DNA of 64,000 bases from Octopus bimaculoides (GCF_001194135.2 NC_068985.1:97461973-97525972), one strand, 5' to 3'; positions 1 through 13,134 are shown, numbered from the stretch's first letter. The notes: generated from the letters alone by a model not told the origin. Made by a program: numbers and translations.

Positions 1-188
1 CGTGGGCATCGGTACCATTTTCCTCTTTCTCCGTTCTTCCATTCTCCGAACTTTCCATCTTTCCGACGAAGGGCTATGCCCGAAACGTCATACACTCTCT
101 CTTTCCTTTCCTGAGCGTCCAATAATACTATCCATATCACGTCCTCACTTTGTTGTTTTTTTGTTTTTTTGTTATTGTTTTTTTTAAC

Positions 189-190
<2 letters not shown>
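1..190 (+). mobile_element. Penelope-like element terminal fragment with a degenerate hammerhead-like motif
   Basis: CCGACGAA-GGGC-TAT-GCCC-GAAACGTC at 63-89 is typical of PLE terminal repeats. Confidence 0.4.
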
Positions 191-219
<29 letters not shown>

Positions 220-949
220 ATATATCATCATCATCATCATCGTTTAACGTCCGCTTTCCATGCTAGCATGGGTTGGACGATTTGACTGAGGACTGGTGAA
301 CCAGATGGCTACACCAGGCTCCAATCTGATCTGGCAGAGTTTCTAGAGTTGGATGCCCTTCCTAATGCCAACCACTCCGAAAGTGTAGTGTGTGCTACTT
401 ACCACACAGCCACGGCTATGCCTACATATTAAATTCTATTAAACTTGACTCATATTTTTCAAGCAATGAACAACTTTTGTCAAAACTTCATGATAAACAA
501 CATTTTTTGTCTTCTCATTCAGGGGTCAGTACAATTTTTCTTTCTCTCTTTCTGTCAGATCATTTTCAACCATACACACCCCATTGAGACTTCTCACACC
601 ACCACCACCACCACCATCACCACTGCCTTTCACATTCCTTACTATCACAGTCATGCTTGACTGCCTCATCTGCCACCACAACCACCATTATCACTACCGC
701 CTCCGCCCCTATCACAACTACAGCTCATACTATTATTATCACCCCATTACTGTCTCAGCTATCAATCTACTACCACCCTCTCTATGCCTACTATTACTCT
801 CACCCCAGCAAGAAGAGAAGAGGAAGTGTCATTGAATAATGAGAGAAGGGATCAAAGTGTGCTACACTGTGACACACAGAAATTCCTTTTAGCCTTTATT
901 ATTATGACCCACCAACCTCCTTTAACCAGGAGGGCACGGCAATTTTCCT

Positions 950-1445
950 ATGTCTAGTGGCTGTAGCAAAAGAGGTGGTATGGTATGGTGGACCCGTTTG
1001 AAAGGGCTAAAGTCAGACACTTTCCTCTTTGGCCAAGGCCTCATCAACTTTTTCAAGTTCCACTTGAAAAGGAAGATGAGAGTAGAGAGGGAAGTGCTGT
1101 CTCATAGCAAATTTGTTGAAAGGTGGGTGACTGTAGGAAGAATGGCCAGTATGAACGAACCAATTCTGAGGATACACCTGTAAAAAAAGGTAATATAAAA
1201 GGAGAAGGGGCTCTATACCCCTTTTTATTTACTGATCAGGCTCCCGTGACTTTTATGGGTTTTTTCCACATGTAACTTTTTGAAGCGCCTCTCCCTATTG
1301 GGAGTTTTATTTGTTATATCTTTCTCTGTTTTCCCACTGTTTACACGAACGTTTTCTTTTCGAACAAAACCCTTTGTAACCTTCATCTTGTCTTTGTCCT
1401 TACATGTTTTTAATTTATATTAACCCTTGTGGCCAATAAAACCAG
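950..1445 (+). mobile_element. Tx1/L1-type LINE 3' end
   Basis: ORF2 C-terminus-like WWTRLKGL...FKFHLKRKMRVEREVLS...FVERW, then a 3' UTR with AATAAA. Confidence 0.55.
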
Positions 1446-1449
1446 AATC

Positions 1450-1715
1450 AATTATCATTATTATTGAGCGAGAGAGCAGTGCATACCATCAAAGGGACAC
1501 TGGGGTAAAATATACGAAGCCTATTATACCCATCATGACTAACCGTCTGATAAGGGGTACACCAGGCACATGCATCACAACCATATGTGCGTGACATGGT
1601 GATCTCATATCAAGATAAACAGCGCATGACCTCGCAGGTGGGGCCTAGTTAGAATTTTCTTCAGGTCGAGTAGCCCATCCCGCTCAAAAGGTCCCTGAAT
1701 AAGGTTTGTTTAAGG
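1450..1715 (-). repeat. Unclassified retroelement 3' end with (TAA)n tail
   Basis: GC-balanced repeat-like block ending in (ATT)n on the + strand. Confidence 0.4.
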
Positions 1716-1726
1716 ACCCCCTTTAG

Positions 1727-2960
1727 TCGAGCAAATCAACCCCAGGACTTATTCTTTGTAAGCCTAGTACTTATTCTATTGAACTCTTTTGCCGAACCGC
1801 TAAGNNNNNNNNNNNNNNNNNNNNNNNNNNNNNNNNNNNNNNNNNNNNNNNNNNNNNNNNNNNNNNNNNNNNNNNNNNNNNNNNNNNNNNNNNNNNNNNN
1901 NNNNNNNNNNNNNNNNNNNNNNNNNNNNNNNNNNNNNNNNNNNNNNNNNNNNNNNNNNNNNNNNNNNNNNNNNNNNNNNNNNNNNNNNNNNNNNNNNNNN
2001 NNNNNNNNNNNNNNNNNNNNNNNNNNNNNNNNNNNNNNNNNNNNNNNNNNNNNNNNNNNNNNNNNNNNNNNNNNNNNNNNNNNNNNNNNNNNNNNNNNNN
2101 NNNNNNNNNNNNNNNNNNNNNNNNNNNNNNNNNNNNNNNNNNNNNNNNNNNNNNNNNNNNNNNNNNNNNNNNNNNNNNNNNNNNNNNNNNNNNNNNNNNN
2201 NNNNNNNNNNNNNNNNNNNNNNNNNNNNNNNNNNNNNNNNNNNNNNNNNNNNNNNNNNNNNNNNNNNNNNNNNNNNNNNNNNNNNNNNNNNNNNNNNNNN
2301 NNNNNNNNNNNNNNNNNNNNNNNNNNNNNNNNNNNNNNNNNNNNNNNNNNNNNNNNNNNNNNNNNNNNNNNNNNNNNNNNNNNNNNNNNNNNNNNNNNNN
2401 NNNNNNNNNNNNNNNNNNNNNNNNNNNNNNNNNNNNNNNNNNNNNNNNNNNNNNNNNNNNNNNNNNNNNNNNNNNNNNNNNNNNNNNNNNNNNNNNNNNN
2501 NNNNNNNNNNNNNNNNNNNNNNNNNNNNNNNNNNNNNNNNNNNNNNNNNNNNNNNNNNNNNNNNNNNNNNNNNNNNNNNNNNNNNNNNNNNNNNNNNNNN
2601 NNNNNNNNNNNNNNNNNNNNNNNNNNNNNNNNNNNNNNNNNNNNNNNNNNNNNNNNNNNNNNNNNNNCTCTTTTGCCGAACCGCTAAGTTACGGGGACGT
2701 AAACACACCAGCATCGGTTGTCAAGCAATGTTGGGGGACAAACACAGACACACAAACACACACACACACACATATATATACACATATACATATATACAAG
2801 GGGCTTCTTTCAGTTTCTGTCTACCAAATCCACTCACAAGGATTTGGTCGGCCTGAGGCTATAGTAGAAGACACTTGCCCAAGGTGCCACGCAGTGGGAC
2901 TGAACCCGGAACCATGTGGTTGGTAAGCAAGCTACTTACCACACAGCCACTCCTACGCCT
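1727..2960 (-). mobile_element. tRNA-derived SINE family A (spans an N gap)
   Basis: Head GGCGTAGGAGTGGCTGTGTGG..GGTTCAGTCCC with A/B boxes and an internal (TA)/(CA) microsatellite; family also at about 18160-18550, 24090-24260, 36990-37550, 41270-41730, 46740-46980, 55565-56052, 59780-60010, 63567-63957. Confidence 0.8.
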
Positions 2961-3209
2961 GGCCGTGTCTGCTAAATTTGTTTATTAGTTTCGACATGCA
3001 CTGTGATATGATTGACTGTAGATATGTAAACATTTGAAAATTACATATGCAAACTCACAGGGGCCCCTGAAACCTATTGCTCCTGGAACCTCACTAGGTC
3101 TAAATCTGGCCCTGCAGTAACATCAACAAATGTATTTTCTCAACCAATTCAAACCAGTAAGGGTGTAATATATTATGTATATGTGCATAGTATATATAAT
3201 CTTCATGTC

Positions 3210-4350
3210 AGGTTATGAGGGAGTAAGGTTACCAGGGAATATAGTTTTTGTGTGTGCAAGCTGCACAGGTACAATTAACACTAAAAATGTAGAGAAAATA
3301 AATTCCATCACATGCCAGGGAGAAAAACTAGTCGTCGATAGCCTCCGTTACCTAGGTAACCAGGTCAGTAGCAAGGGTGGATGCTCTGAGAGCGTAGCTG
3401 CAAGAATATGTATAGGCTGGGCAAAGTTCAGAGAGCTCCTACCTCTGCTGGTAAGAAAGGGCTTCTTGCTCAGATTGAAAGACAGACTGTATGATGCCAG
3501 TGTGCGAACAGCCATGCTACACAGCAGTGAAACATGGACTGTGATTGCTGAGGACATGCATAGACGTGTAAGAAATGAAGCTAGTATGCTTCGCTAGATG
3601 TGTAATATCAGTGTGCGTGCACGACAGAGTGTAAGCATCTTGAGAGAAAAGTTGGGCATAAGAGGCATCAGATGTGGTGTACAAGAGAGATGACTGAGCT
3701 GGTATGGTCACGTGATGCGTATCGCTGAGGACAGATGTGTGAAGAAGTGTCACACTCTAATGGTAGAGAGAACCTGTGGAAGAGGTAGACCCAGGAGGAC
3801 ATGGAACGATGTGGTGAAGCACGGTCTCCAAATGTTAGGCCTCACAGAGGCAATGACAAGTGACCAAGGCCTTTGGTGGTATGCCGTGCTACAGACGACC
3901 CATCAAACGAAGTGAGTGCGTAGTTGTGGCCAATGTCAGTGTTGTGTAACTGGCCTGCTAAAAGAACCGGACGAGCTGAGTGAAATAATAGCTGTGGCTG
4001 ATGCCAGTGTTGTCTGACTGGCACCTGCACAAGTGACATGTAAAAAGCACAGTTTGAGAGTCAGACCTCATGGAAGCAGTGACAAACGACTGAGACCTTT
4101 GGCAATGCACCATGCTGTGTAGACTTGTCAAGCTAAAGGAGATTGTAGTCATGGCTGATGTCGGCGTCGGGTCAATGGCACCCATGCTAGTGGCACGTAA
4201 AAAACACCCACTACATTCTTGGAGTGGTTGGCGTTAGGAAGGGTATCCGGCCGTAGAAACCTTTCAAAATCAGATCAGAACCTGGTGGAGCTCCCTGGCT
4301 TGCCAATTTTCAGTCAAACCGTCCAACGCATGCCAGCATGGAAAACGGAA
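3210..4350 (+). mobile_element. RTE-clade LINE, 5'-truncated and degenerate
   Basis: RT C-terminus ([28 protein letters not shown]; WYGHVMR), 3' UTR and GATGA tail; stops and frameshifts. Confidence 0.85.
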
Positions 4351-5439
4351 GTTAAATGATGACGATGTCTAAAATATAATATCTAAAATATATATTCATG
4401 CAAGTTACAGGGTGGCCTCACTATTGCTGGTGCCATGAAAATGCACCCAGTACTTTCTGTAAAGTGGTTGGCATTAAGAAGGGTATCCACAGCTTTAGAA
4501 ACCATGACAAAGCAAACATTGAAGCATGACATATTCCTCCGATCCATAGGATCCTGTCAAAACAACCGGCCCATACAAACAAGGAAGAAAACGCTGATGA
4601 TGATGATGATGATCTATATAAAATGTGCAGATTAAAGATTCATTAAAATAAGGTACCAAGGAAAATACGACAGTTTTTGTTGTTTCAGTTTCGATTTTTT
4701 CCTCACCTCCAGTAGGGATTTACCCTGGTGCAAAAAATGCTGATCAAGGGCCTTACAAAATGTGTTCAAAATAATATTTAAACTTGACCTGGTTACAAGC
4801 AAATAATTTGTATACACAGCTTATAGTTAAACTGATAAGAGTAGATATTAGAACTAGTTCTAAATAAATAAAATTTTTAAAATAAACGACATATAATTAA
4901 ATATGGTTGTACGAGCCTGAAAGAAAACTGAATTTTAATTCACTATTTTATATTCAACGCATTTTGTCTTAATTCATCGTCAGTTTGCTATACAGTGATA
5001 TAGTAGAGAGGGTCACCATTGTTGGACTGCTCTTGGCGCTAGCAGTTGGCCTTAATTAGATTATTAACCCTAGATGGAATCATAGGGTGGAGCCTATCCT
5101 TCTCCAGATTTAATCGTACGTAACAGATATCTTACAGAAGACAGAATGACAAACTGACAGAAAGAAAGAAGTGGAGAAGAGAAGAATCGACCCTTGTATT
5201 TATTGACCCCAAAAGGATGAAAGGCAAAGCTGATTTTAGCGTGATTTGAACTCGGAGCGCGAGAGGAACGACTACCGCAAAGCAATCCATCCGACACTAT
5301 TAGTCACCTTAAATATATCATATCATATACATACCCTACCTTACCGTGCAAATATCTCGCATACACGCATTACAGATAAATTCCTCTATTTACATAATAT
5401 CGAGGTCTCTTTCATTCTTTTGTTGTCTTACCATTACTA

Positions 5440-5480
<41 letters not shown>

Positions 5481-5500
5481 CGTTCAGAGATTTAACATTG

Positions 5501-5576
<76 letters not shown>

Positions 5577-8054
5577 CATGTGCTTGTGGAAAAAGATCGG
5601 TAACTGCTGTAAAACCGTATCTGTAAGAGACATAAACAGTATCAACAGCAAAAATCAAAAGCAATGGATCCATTCAGGCATATGTAAATATGCCGAATAA
5701 TAATAATAATTATCAATGTATATGGTATGGACAATGTAGAAAGAGAGTGATTCACTTACCTGTTATCAAGTGACTTGAACTTAGAGGCCCAGTACAGGTA
5801 CAACAAAAATGCAAATCCAAAAATTACAAGACATTGGCCGACACGCGACTCAAGAAAAAAAGACTTCAACATTCTCAATGAACGAAATCTGCGCAATTGC
5901 ACTATCATTCTAGACGGTCAACTTATATATATGACCTTAGATATTTTTATTGTTGTAACTTGGTGTTAAATATAAAAAGTGAGCTGCTTTATGTGTTGTT
6001 TTGTGAACGATAGGGGTGGTTTTATTTACTAACAATCTCTTTTTCTCATTCGCATTTTCTCTGTATATGTGAATGCGTGTGCATGTCNNNNNNNNNNNNN
6101 NNNNNNNNNNGTTGCGGATGTCTGTTTTATGTTGAGTTTGGGTTTGCTATTTCATGTAGTAATTTCTCCGAGTTAATGTACATGCCGGAACGGAGTGTCA
6201 CTGCTATTAGAAAATGAATAGAGATATAAACAATAGAAGACGGAGACGTCGATGGACACAAAAGGTGAGAAAGTGGGAAAGAGCGAGAGAGATTAGGAGT
6301 AAGAAAGAAATAGTGAGAGAGAGAAAGAGAGACAGGGAGAAAAATAGAGACAGACAGAGAAGGAGAAAGAGAGATAAATATAGGAACTGAAGGAAAATAA
6401 CAATCAAATATAGAGGCGAGATAAATGGTCTATAAAGAGAAATAGATAAATGAAAATACAGATAGAAAGGTACAGAGGTAGATATTAGAAAAATGAGAGT
6501 ATAGGCCTTGAAAGAGTCAAAGTGATCGTTCGACCTGCTAGAAATAGCAGTTATATCTCTTAAACCATACCCTGCCGTGTTGGAAAATCAAAGAGCAGAG
6601 GACACATGAGAATGTCACTAAAAAGACGAGATGGCCATGGTTTGAATATCGTTGATTATATATCCTGCTCAACCAAGGTCGATTTGGAGTTAATAATAAT
6701 CACGTTGACGAGGACTAAAGCAACAGAACACAGAGCACAATGCTTCAGGTCACAACACACTACACGCTTGGATTCATCTAACAAAAACAACGCACCCCGC
6801 TGCATTCAAAACAGACGAAACGAAAAAGTCACTACATAATTCTCACATCTAGTAGACCGACGAACTAGTAGGTTACTTGTACTTAGGGTGTATTGCAATG
6901 GTAATTTCTGTAGCTATCTCTTTTTTTCAGTAACACAGTTGGAAGAAGAGAGGATCAGGAAGAGTAGATTCATTAACAGAAGGTGTTAGAAATTAGCAAA
7001 AAAAGATACCATTCTCTTCCTGCATGACGGCACCATTTCGTTATTCAGAGTAAACATTTTATTCTATTACTTCGAGCCAACAAGAAAACCCTCTTAATAG
7101 CCACTCACTCTGCTTAACACAAAAACCAAATCTTCCAAACATTTTATTCTATTACTACAAGCCAACGAAGAAACCTCTTTAGTAGCCGTTCAGTCTGCTA
7201 GAGATAGTAACGAAAACTTCCAAATATTTTAGTCTGTTACTAGGAGCCAAAAGACTATGCGTGGTTGCTGGGTCTGCTAGACATAGTGACGAAATCTTCC
7301 TAATTCCACCTGAGCTCAAATCTCACTGCGGTCATTTTTGCTTACAGGGGTCAATAAATTAAAGGACCAGTACTGGAGTTCGAAGTATTAACGTCCTTAT
7401 AATGCATTCTGGTCATGTCTTCGATTACGATTGGTCTGATGCGAAACAACAATGACACCATGCTATCTCTACATAACACCAACAAGAGGGAGACTCCATG
7501 TGGTTGTCCGATGTGCTAAAACTAGCAACCAAACCCTCACCAATTACAACCTACCGTCTAACATAAAATTTAAAAAAAAACGATATGTTGCATAAATGTT
7601 GTCCCTAACACACACACAGAGTCTCGCGCGCGCACATACACGCACAAAATCAAGATGATTGTTGCTGAAATGCCTCGCATCATAGTTCTGCTTGATAAAG
7701 GCTGACCTAGGGTTAAATAACGCATTTTAAAGAACTATCGAATTAGTCTACGTAGCCGTTCAACCTGCTAGAAATAGCTGCCAAATTACAACCTGTAAAA
7801 TGTACCCTTAAAATTCGAGGGACACGTTAAATAATGTAGTGCTAGTTATTCTACATTTAAAAATAAATGGGATGTTCGTGGATGGAACGTCATTTATCAG
7901 TGGTCAGTTCGTTCAGTGGTAACCTGGCGCAAGACAACACTCTTCTCTACATTCTTTGATAGGTTTTTGAAGAATCTTTCTCACTTCTTCGTCTCTCTCT
8001 CTTCTGTCTGGTCTCCCTTTTAGGTGCATGTTTATGAACACACACACACACAAT

Positions 8055-8420
8055 AATGATTTGGGATAGAGAAGAGAAACTGTGCACAGTTGTGGAAATT
8101 AGCTGCCCAGCAGATGTTAACATAAAGCTGAAGATCAAGGAAAAAGAGAACACCTACGCTGAACTATTGAGAAATTTGCAGTTAGTCTATCCAGATTACA
8201 AGTTCAGGTTTATACCTGTAATTATTGGGACCCTGGGATATATAACACACTGCCTAAATACCAATTTTGAGAAATTAGGCTTCTCAAAACCAGAAAGGAG
8301 AAAGCTAATTCGAAGACTACAGATCCAGTCCATCACTAGAACTGTAAAAATCTGTAAAACTTTCCAGAAGTTAATCATTTAAATGTATATGAGCATGTCT
8401 AGGTATTTTTTTTCTGTACA
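8055..8420 (+). mobile_element. R4/Dong-like non-LTR retrotransposon 3' end (restriction-like endonuclease)
   Basis: IWDREEKLCTVVEISCPAD...KIKEKENTY...IPVIIGTLG; second copy at 56900-57130. Confidence 0.8.
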
Positions 8421-9379
8421 GACATACATACACAGTTTCTCATGTACTTGCAATTCACCCCTGGTACTAAAATAAGTTCCCTACTGCTTGTGTAGATAAA
8501 TATTGTTGGTAATGTCATCAATGTTGTAAAATTTTCATGTTGAAAAAGTTTTTTTTTCTCTATTTTGCTAAAAACTACTGATAATTAGTGTTTTTTTTTT
8601 TTTACCTTATTTCTGTTGAAATATACTGCCTTTGTTTCAACTAATTTTTAAAATAATGAAGAATTTTGTAAAATAACTTTTCCATTATTAAGCTGATGTT
8701 TGAAACTTGAATTAACATGAAATTTTGATGGAAGGTTGTAATTCAAAGAGGTTTGTATCATAGAACCAAAAGTAGTCTCAGATGGTTTAATATCCAAAAG
8801 AATTTAGGAGGTTGAGTAGCATGGTTCTGACCTTGATAGTATTACAATTCTCTGGTTTCAAATGTGTCGGGTATAACAGCAAAAAGAAATGTGAGGACAA
8901 GAATTGCAATTGACTGCCACACTTTATTCCAACACTTAATGGAAGATACAACAAAGGTTGGTACATCTTGAATGATTCTGTCAGAAAATATACCTATTGG
9001 TTTCTCATGCAGTTGAAACTTGGTGATATGTACTTGACAGAACAGGAAAACAAATACATGACTTCTGCTAGAAAACAGGAACAGACATATGGCATCTTGT
9101 TGCCATTTTATTTTTACCAATTAAAAACCCCAACCATGCTCTGAACCTCTTCAGCACTTTACCATTTTTCCTTGAACCCTCCAAATTTCTCTTCACTGTG
9201 GAAGTGAAAACCCTGTATTCAGCCACAATGGTTAATCAGCTTTCATACTTCCTGTCACACTTCATATCCCAATCTTGCACTGCTACCCTCTTCTATCCAG
9301 CTGAACTTGTGTAGTTATGTTTGCCAGTAGTTTAACAGGTTTGTTATGAGCATTAAAAAGCGCACAACTGTGTTAACCT

Positions 9380-9900
9380 CTTTGTAAGCCATAGATGAAC
9401 CACACTTTTGTACCAACACTTCCACCCTACATGGGAATCCACCTACTTCTTTGCCAACACTTTAGCCGACTTTCTAGAAATCTCTGTCATTATAGACAAC
9501 ATCCACCTGTCCATTTCCAAATACTATAAGCCAATCCTTAATCACTCTTATCTCAACTGATCTTCCTGTCATCCACATAAACAAAATCATCTAACCCCCT
9601 CCTCCAAATTCCTCCATCTCTATCAACTACACAGTAAGGACCCCGATTTCCACCAGAAATCCCAAAAGGTATGACACTTCTTATTTAGATGTAAGTGTTC
9701 TCGTTCTATTATGAATACAACACTTCACCAGACCAGAGCTATTGGCCATGCTACTACACTCCCACAGGGAGCTCAAGCATCTGCCTGCCAACCAAATCTC
9801 ATTCCCTTCTCTTTTGTGTTCCACTCAATAACCCTTCCGGTAAATTACTCACTCCTCCGTAACTTCTACTTTCTACTCTCTGTATCTATAACCTTGCTGT
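9380..9900 (+). mobile_element. Penelope-like element RT fragment, degenerate
   Basis: DFLEISVIIDNIHLSISKYYKPILNHSYLN*SSCHP and IPFSFVFHSITLP resemble the PLE RT C-terminus (FLD...YYKPTDSHSYL..SS.HP; IPLV.TYHP). Confidence 0.6.
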
Positions 9901-9963
9901 TCTTTTGTACAACATTCTAGAATGGCTTGCAAGGGCTTTAGTTACTAACTTGACTCTTTACCC

Positions 9964-10282
9964 CATAGGTTCTCAAAGTGGGTTCTCCCCCCCGCCCCTC
10001 CAGGTGGGCGCTGGTGCCTAAAGGGGTGGTGAGGGAGGCGATAGAGAAAAAGGAGGCATTAGGAGGAACGCAGTGAATCGGGGGACAATATGAATTTATT
10101 ATAATATTATTACAGTATTGTATACAAATTATGTAATATTATATTATCAAATGATTCATAATATATATAAATTAATAAAATATAAAATACTTATTTATAC
10201 ATAAAAATAGGGGTGGAGGCGCTGAGGGTATTATGTGGCAATAGTGGTGGTGGGGGGGGGGGCAAAAATTTCAGAACCTCTG
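9964..10282. mobile_element. hAT-type MITE
   Basis: TIR CATAGGTTCTCAAA / TTTCAGAACCTCTG; 8-bp TSD ctttaccc / ctttacct. Confidence 0.7.
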
Positions 10283-11083
10283 CTTTACCTGAACTTGAGT
10301 AAATAAAAATAAATAAATAAATTAATTAATTAATTAAAAAAACGAAAAAAAGCAACAGGATGTAACAAAAATAATACAATATCAGAATTAATTTTAATAT
10401 GATTGTAACAGCCAGGGCGGAAAACTGGCAGAATCGTTACCAAGCAGAACAAAATGCTTGATGACTTTCTTTTTTTTTACTGATTTTATGTTCATATGTT
10501 GCTAGGGTCGACTTTGCTTTTCAGCCTTTTAGGGTCAATAAAATAAGTATCACTTGAGCGCTGGGGTTGATGTAATTGACTTATCCCCTCCCCCCAAAAT
10601 TGCTGGCCTTGTGCCAAAATTTGAAAACGGTATCGTTGTATAAATTTCCTTAGTAACAAATTGGTAATTACTTTATCAATACGGTATTCAATTAAGCTTG
10701 AAAGATGGGAAATATATTTTGATTTTTTTTTTCTTTTATATTCATGTCGTTTCTGTGTTACTGATTAACATTTGCTGCATAGGAAATCTATATAACAGTT
10801 GTATTAATCTGAAAAGTAATTACATCACAGATTTACTTTATGACTTTTCTTTCAAACAGAATGAACGAATCGGATTTGTTGGTACCAAACTATTTTAGAT
10901 GTAGTTAACTATTTTATTTGTGTATAAATATCTGTCTGACTTTCTATCTATCTATTAAATATATTTAGTAAATCTGCAAATGTATCTGTCAATTCTTTAT
11001 TTAGGAAAGCTGGCTTTTTTTAGCTTACCTATCTATCAAGTATTTTTATTGAATTTTTCTCCCGTCTCTCCCTCAGTTATCTA

Positions 11084-12575
11084 CAGGGGTTGGACAAAAT
11101 AATGGAAACACCTCACATCATAGCATCATAATTTTGAAATATCTATAAAACCGACAAAAGCTTGTTTATTTTTATGGTTTTTGATTTATTATTAGTGTTG
11201 CTTAATATGTTTTGCTAAAATTGATGTTTCTTTTCAGATATCATCAGAAAAAGGTAATTAAAATGACAGATCTATCGGACTTTCAAAAAGGTCAAACTGT
11301 TGGTGCTCGTGTGGCAGGTGCTAGCGTAACGAAAACAGCCGAAATGTTTGGTGTAGTACTGTCTCGAAAGTAATGACAGCCTTTGAGAAAGAGGGAAAAA
11401 CCACCTCGTTGAAACAAAACTCCAGAAGAAAACCAAAACTTTCAAATAGGGACCATCAGACACTTATGCAAATTGTTAGAAAGACCACAAAAGTACAGCT
11501 CCCAAAATTACTGCAGAGCTTAATGACCACCTCGAGAACCCAGGAGCTGCACAAAGCTGGATTTCATGGGAGGGCTGCAATCAGAAAACCAGTACTTTCA
11601 AAGAGAAATGCTGCAAAGCGTTTAGAGTGGAGTAAGAACCTACAGAATTGGTGCTTAGAGCAGTGGAAGAATGTTATTTTTTCGGATGAGTCATCCTTTA
11701 CCTTATTTCTGACCACCGGCCGAGTGTATGTGTGGAGACAGCCAAAAGAAGCATTTGACCCAAACTGCCTTCTTCCAACTGTTAAAGATGGAGGATGATC
11801 TGGGAGGGCTATATCTTGGAAATCCGCCAGCCCAATGGTTTCCCTTCATGGCAGAATTAATAGTCAAGACTATTTAAGCATTCTATCTGATCAAATTCAT
11901 CCTATGGTTGCGGAACTGTTTCCAGAGGGAAACGCAGTCTTTCAGGATGATAATGCACCAATTCACACAGCTAAAGTTGTTACTGAATGGCATGAGGAAC
12001 ATTCTTATTTCTTTATTGCCCACAAGGGGCTAAGAGACAAACAAGGACAGACAATGGGATTAAGTAGATTATATCAACCCCAGTGCGTAACTGGTACTTA
12101 ATTTATCGACCTCGAAAGGATGAAAGGCAAAGTTGACCTTGGTGGAATTTGAACTCAAAACGCAAAGAGAGACGAAATACTGCTAAGCATTTCACCTGGC
12201 GTGCTAACGATTTCGTCAGCTCGCCGCCTTTGGAACATTCTAGTGAAACATCACCAGCTTGCCACTGAGGAACATTCTAGTAAAGTTGAACATCTTATCT
12301 GGCCACCACGGTCCCCAGATCTCAATATTATTGAACATTTATGGTGCATTTTAGCAAAAACAAGTAAGGAGTCGATATCCTTCACCATCTACAAGAACTG
12401 GAGACTGTTTTATCTGAAAAATGGACAAAAATTATTTTGGAAACAATTCAAACTTTGTACGAGTCCATACCTCATAGAATTCAAGCTGTAATTACTGCCA
12501 AAAGCAGTCCTACCCCATATTAAAATAAATTTGTTTGAAACTTTAAGGTGTTGCCATTATTTTGTCCAACCCCTT
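11084..12575 (+). mobile_element. Tc1-family DNA transposon, full length but disrupted
   Basis: 30-bp TIRs (caggggttggacaaaataatggaaacacct, 2 mismatches) with TA flanks; transposase remnants MTDLSDFQKGQ, VIFSDESSF, VFQDDNAPIH, SPDLNIIEHLW; frameshifts and a SINE insertion. Confidence 0.92.
12006..12231 (-). mobile_element. tRNA-derived SINE family B inserted in the Tc1
   Basis: Head AGGCGGCGAGCTG..GAGTTCAAATTCC; TSD ggaacattct; family also at about 16350-16580, 22975-23090, 31925-32145, 34920-35130, 35145-35390, 53150-53560, 57700-58135, 61610-62720. Confidence 0.8.
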
Positions 12576-13043
12576 TATTTATCTATATCTATTCTTTTAT
12601 TCTGTTATTTGTTTCAATCATAGGAAGACAGACGTTAAACGGTGATGATAATGATATAATAATAAATACCATTAGTTTATAATTCATTAAACCCTCCTGT
12701 AAACAACATAAAGTCAACAGCTACCTGTTGTGCATATTCCACTGGGTACTTATATTTGCACAACAATGGGTGGTGTAATATGTCTCTATAGATCTATATA
12801 TCATTTAGTAATGACCATTACAGAACAGCTGATGATGTAAATCAACCGTCAGTGAAATTGGCGGCGGCAGTGGCAGCGTTGTCATCGCCGTCATCATTTA
12901 ACATCAATCATCATAGTTCGCTTTAATCAAATATAATTAGTGGATAAACGACACCGAAAGTAAACAATAGCTTCTAAGCGGCCTTAATTACCGCGTGGTA
13001 GCCGCTCATGTAGTTGAATGCTACACCAAACGTACCGCGTTTT

Positions 13044-13056
13044 GTTGCTAGGTAAC
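13044..13056 (+). promoter_or_regulatory. RFX X-box (GTTGCTAGGTAAC) in the RSPH1 promoter
   Basis: 13-bp match to the X-box consensus GTNRCY-N(0-3)-RGYAAC about 80 nt before the ATG of a motile-cilia gene; an extra GGTAAC half-site follows immediately. Confidence 0.7.
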
Positions 13057-13134
13057 GGTAACAACTCTAGTGCTTGTAATTTCTGTAAACATTCATAATT
13101 TTTTGATCGATATTGTATTTATTGTGCAAGAAAA

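Noticed and set aside
1785-2690. Apparent duplication of ctc(t)tttgccgaaccgctaag on both sides of the gap
   Set aside because: Most likely overlapping contig ends within one SINE, i.e. a scaffolding artefact
1779-2714. Long ORFs of 300+ aa here and at 14473-15780, 45644-46795, 61074-61669, 63267-63871
   Set aside because: They are runs of N (assembly gaps) translated as X
11373-12491. Active Tc1 transposase
   Set aside because: Split over several frames and interrupted by a SINE; non-functional
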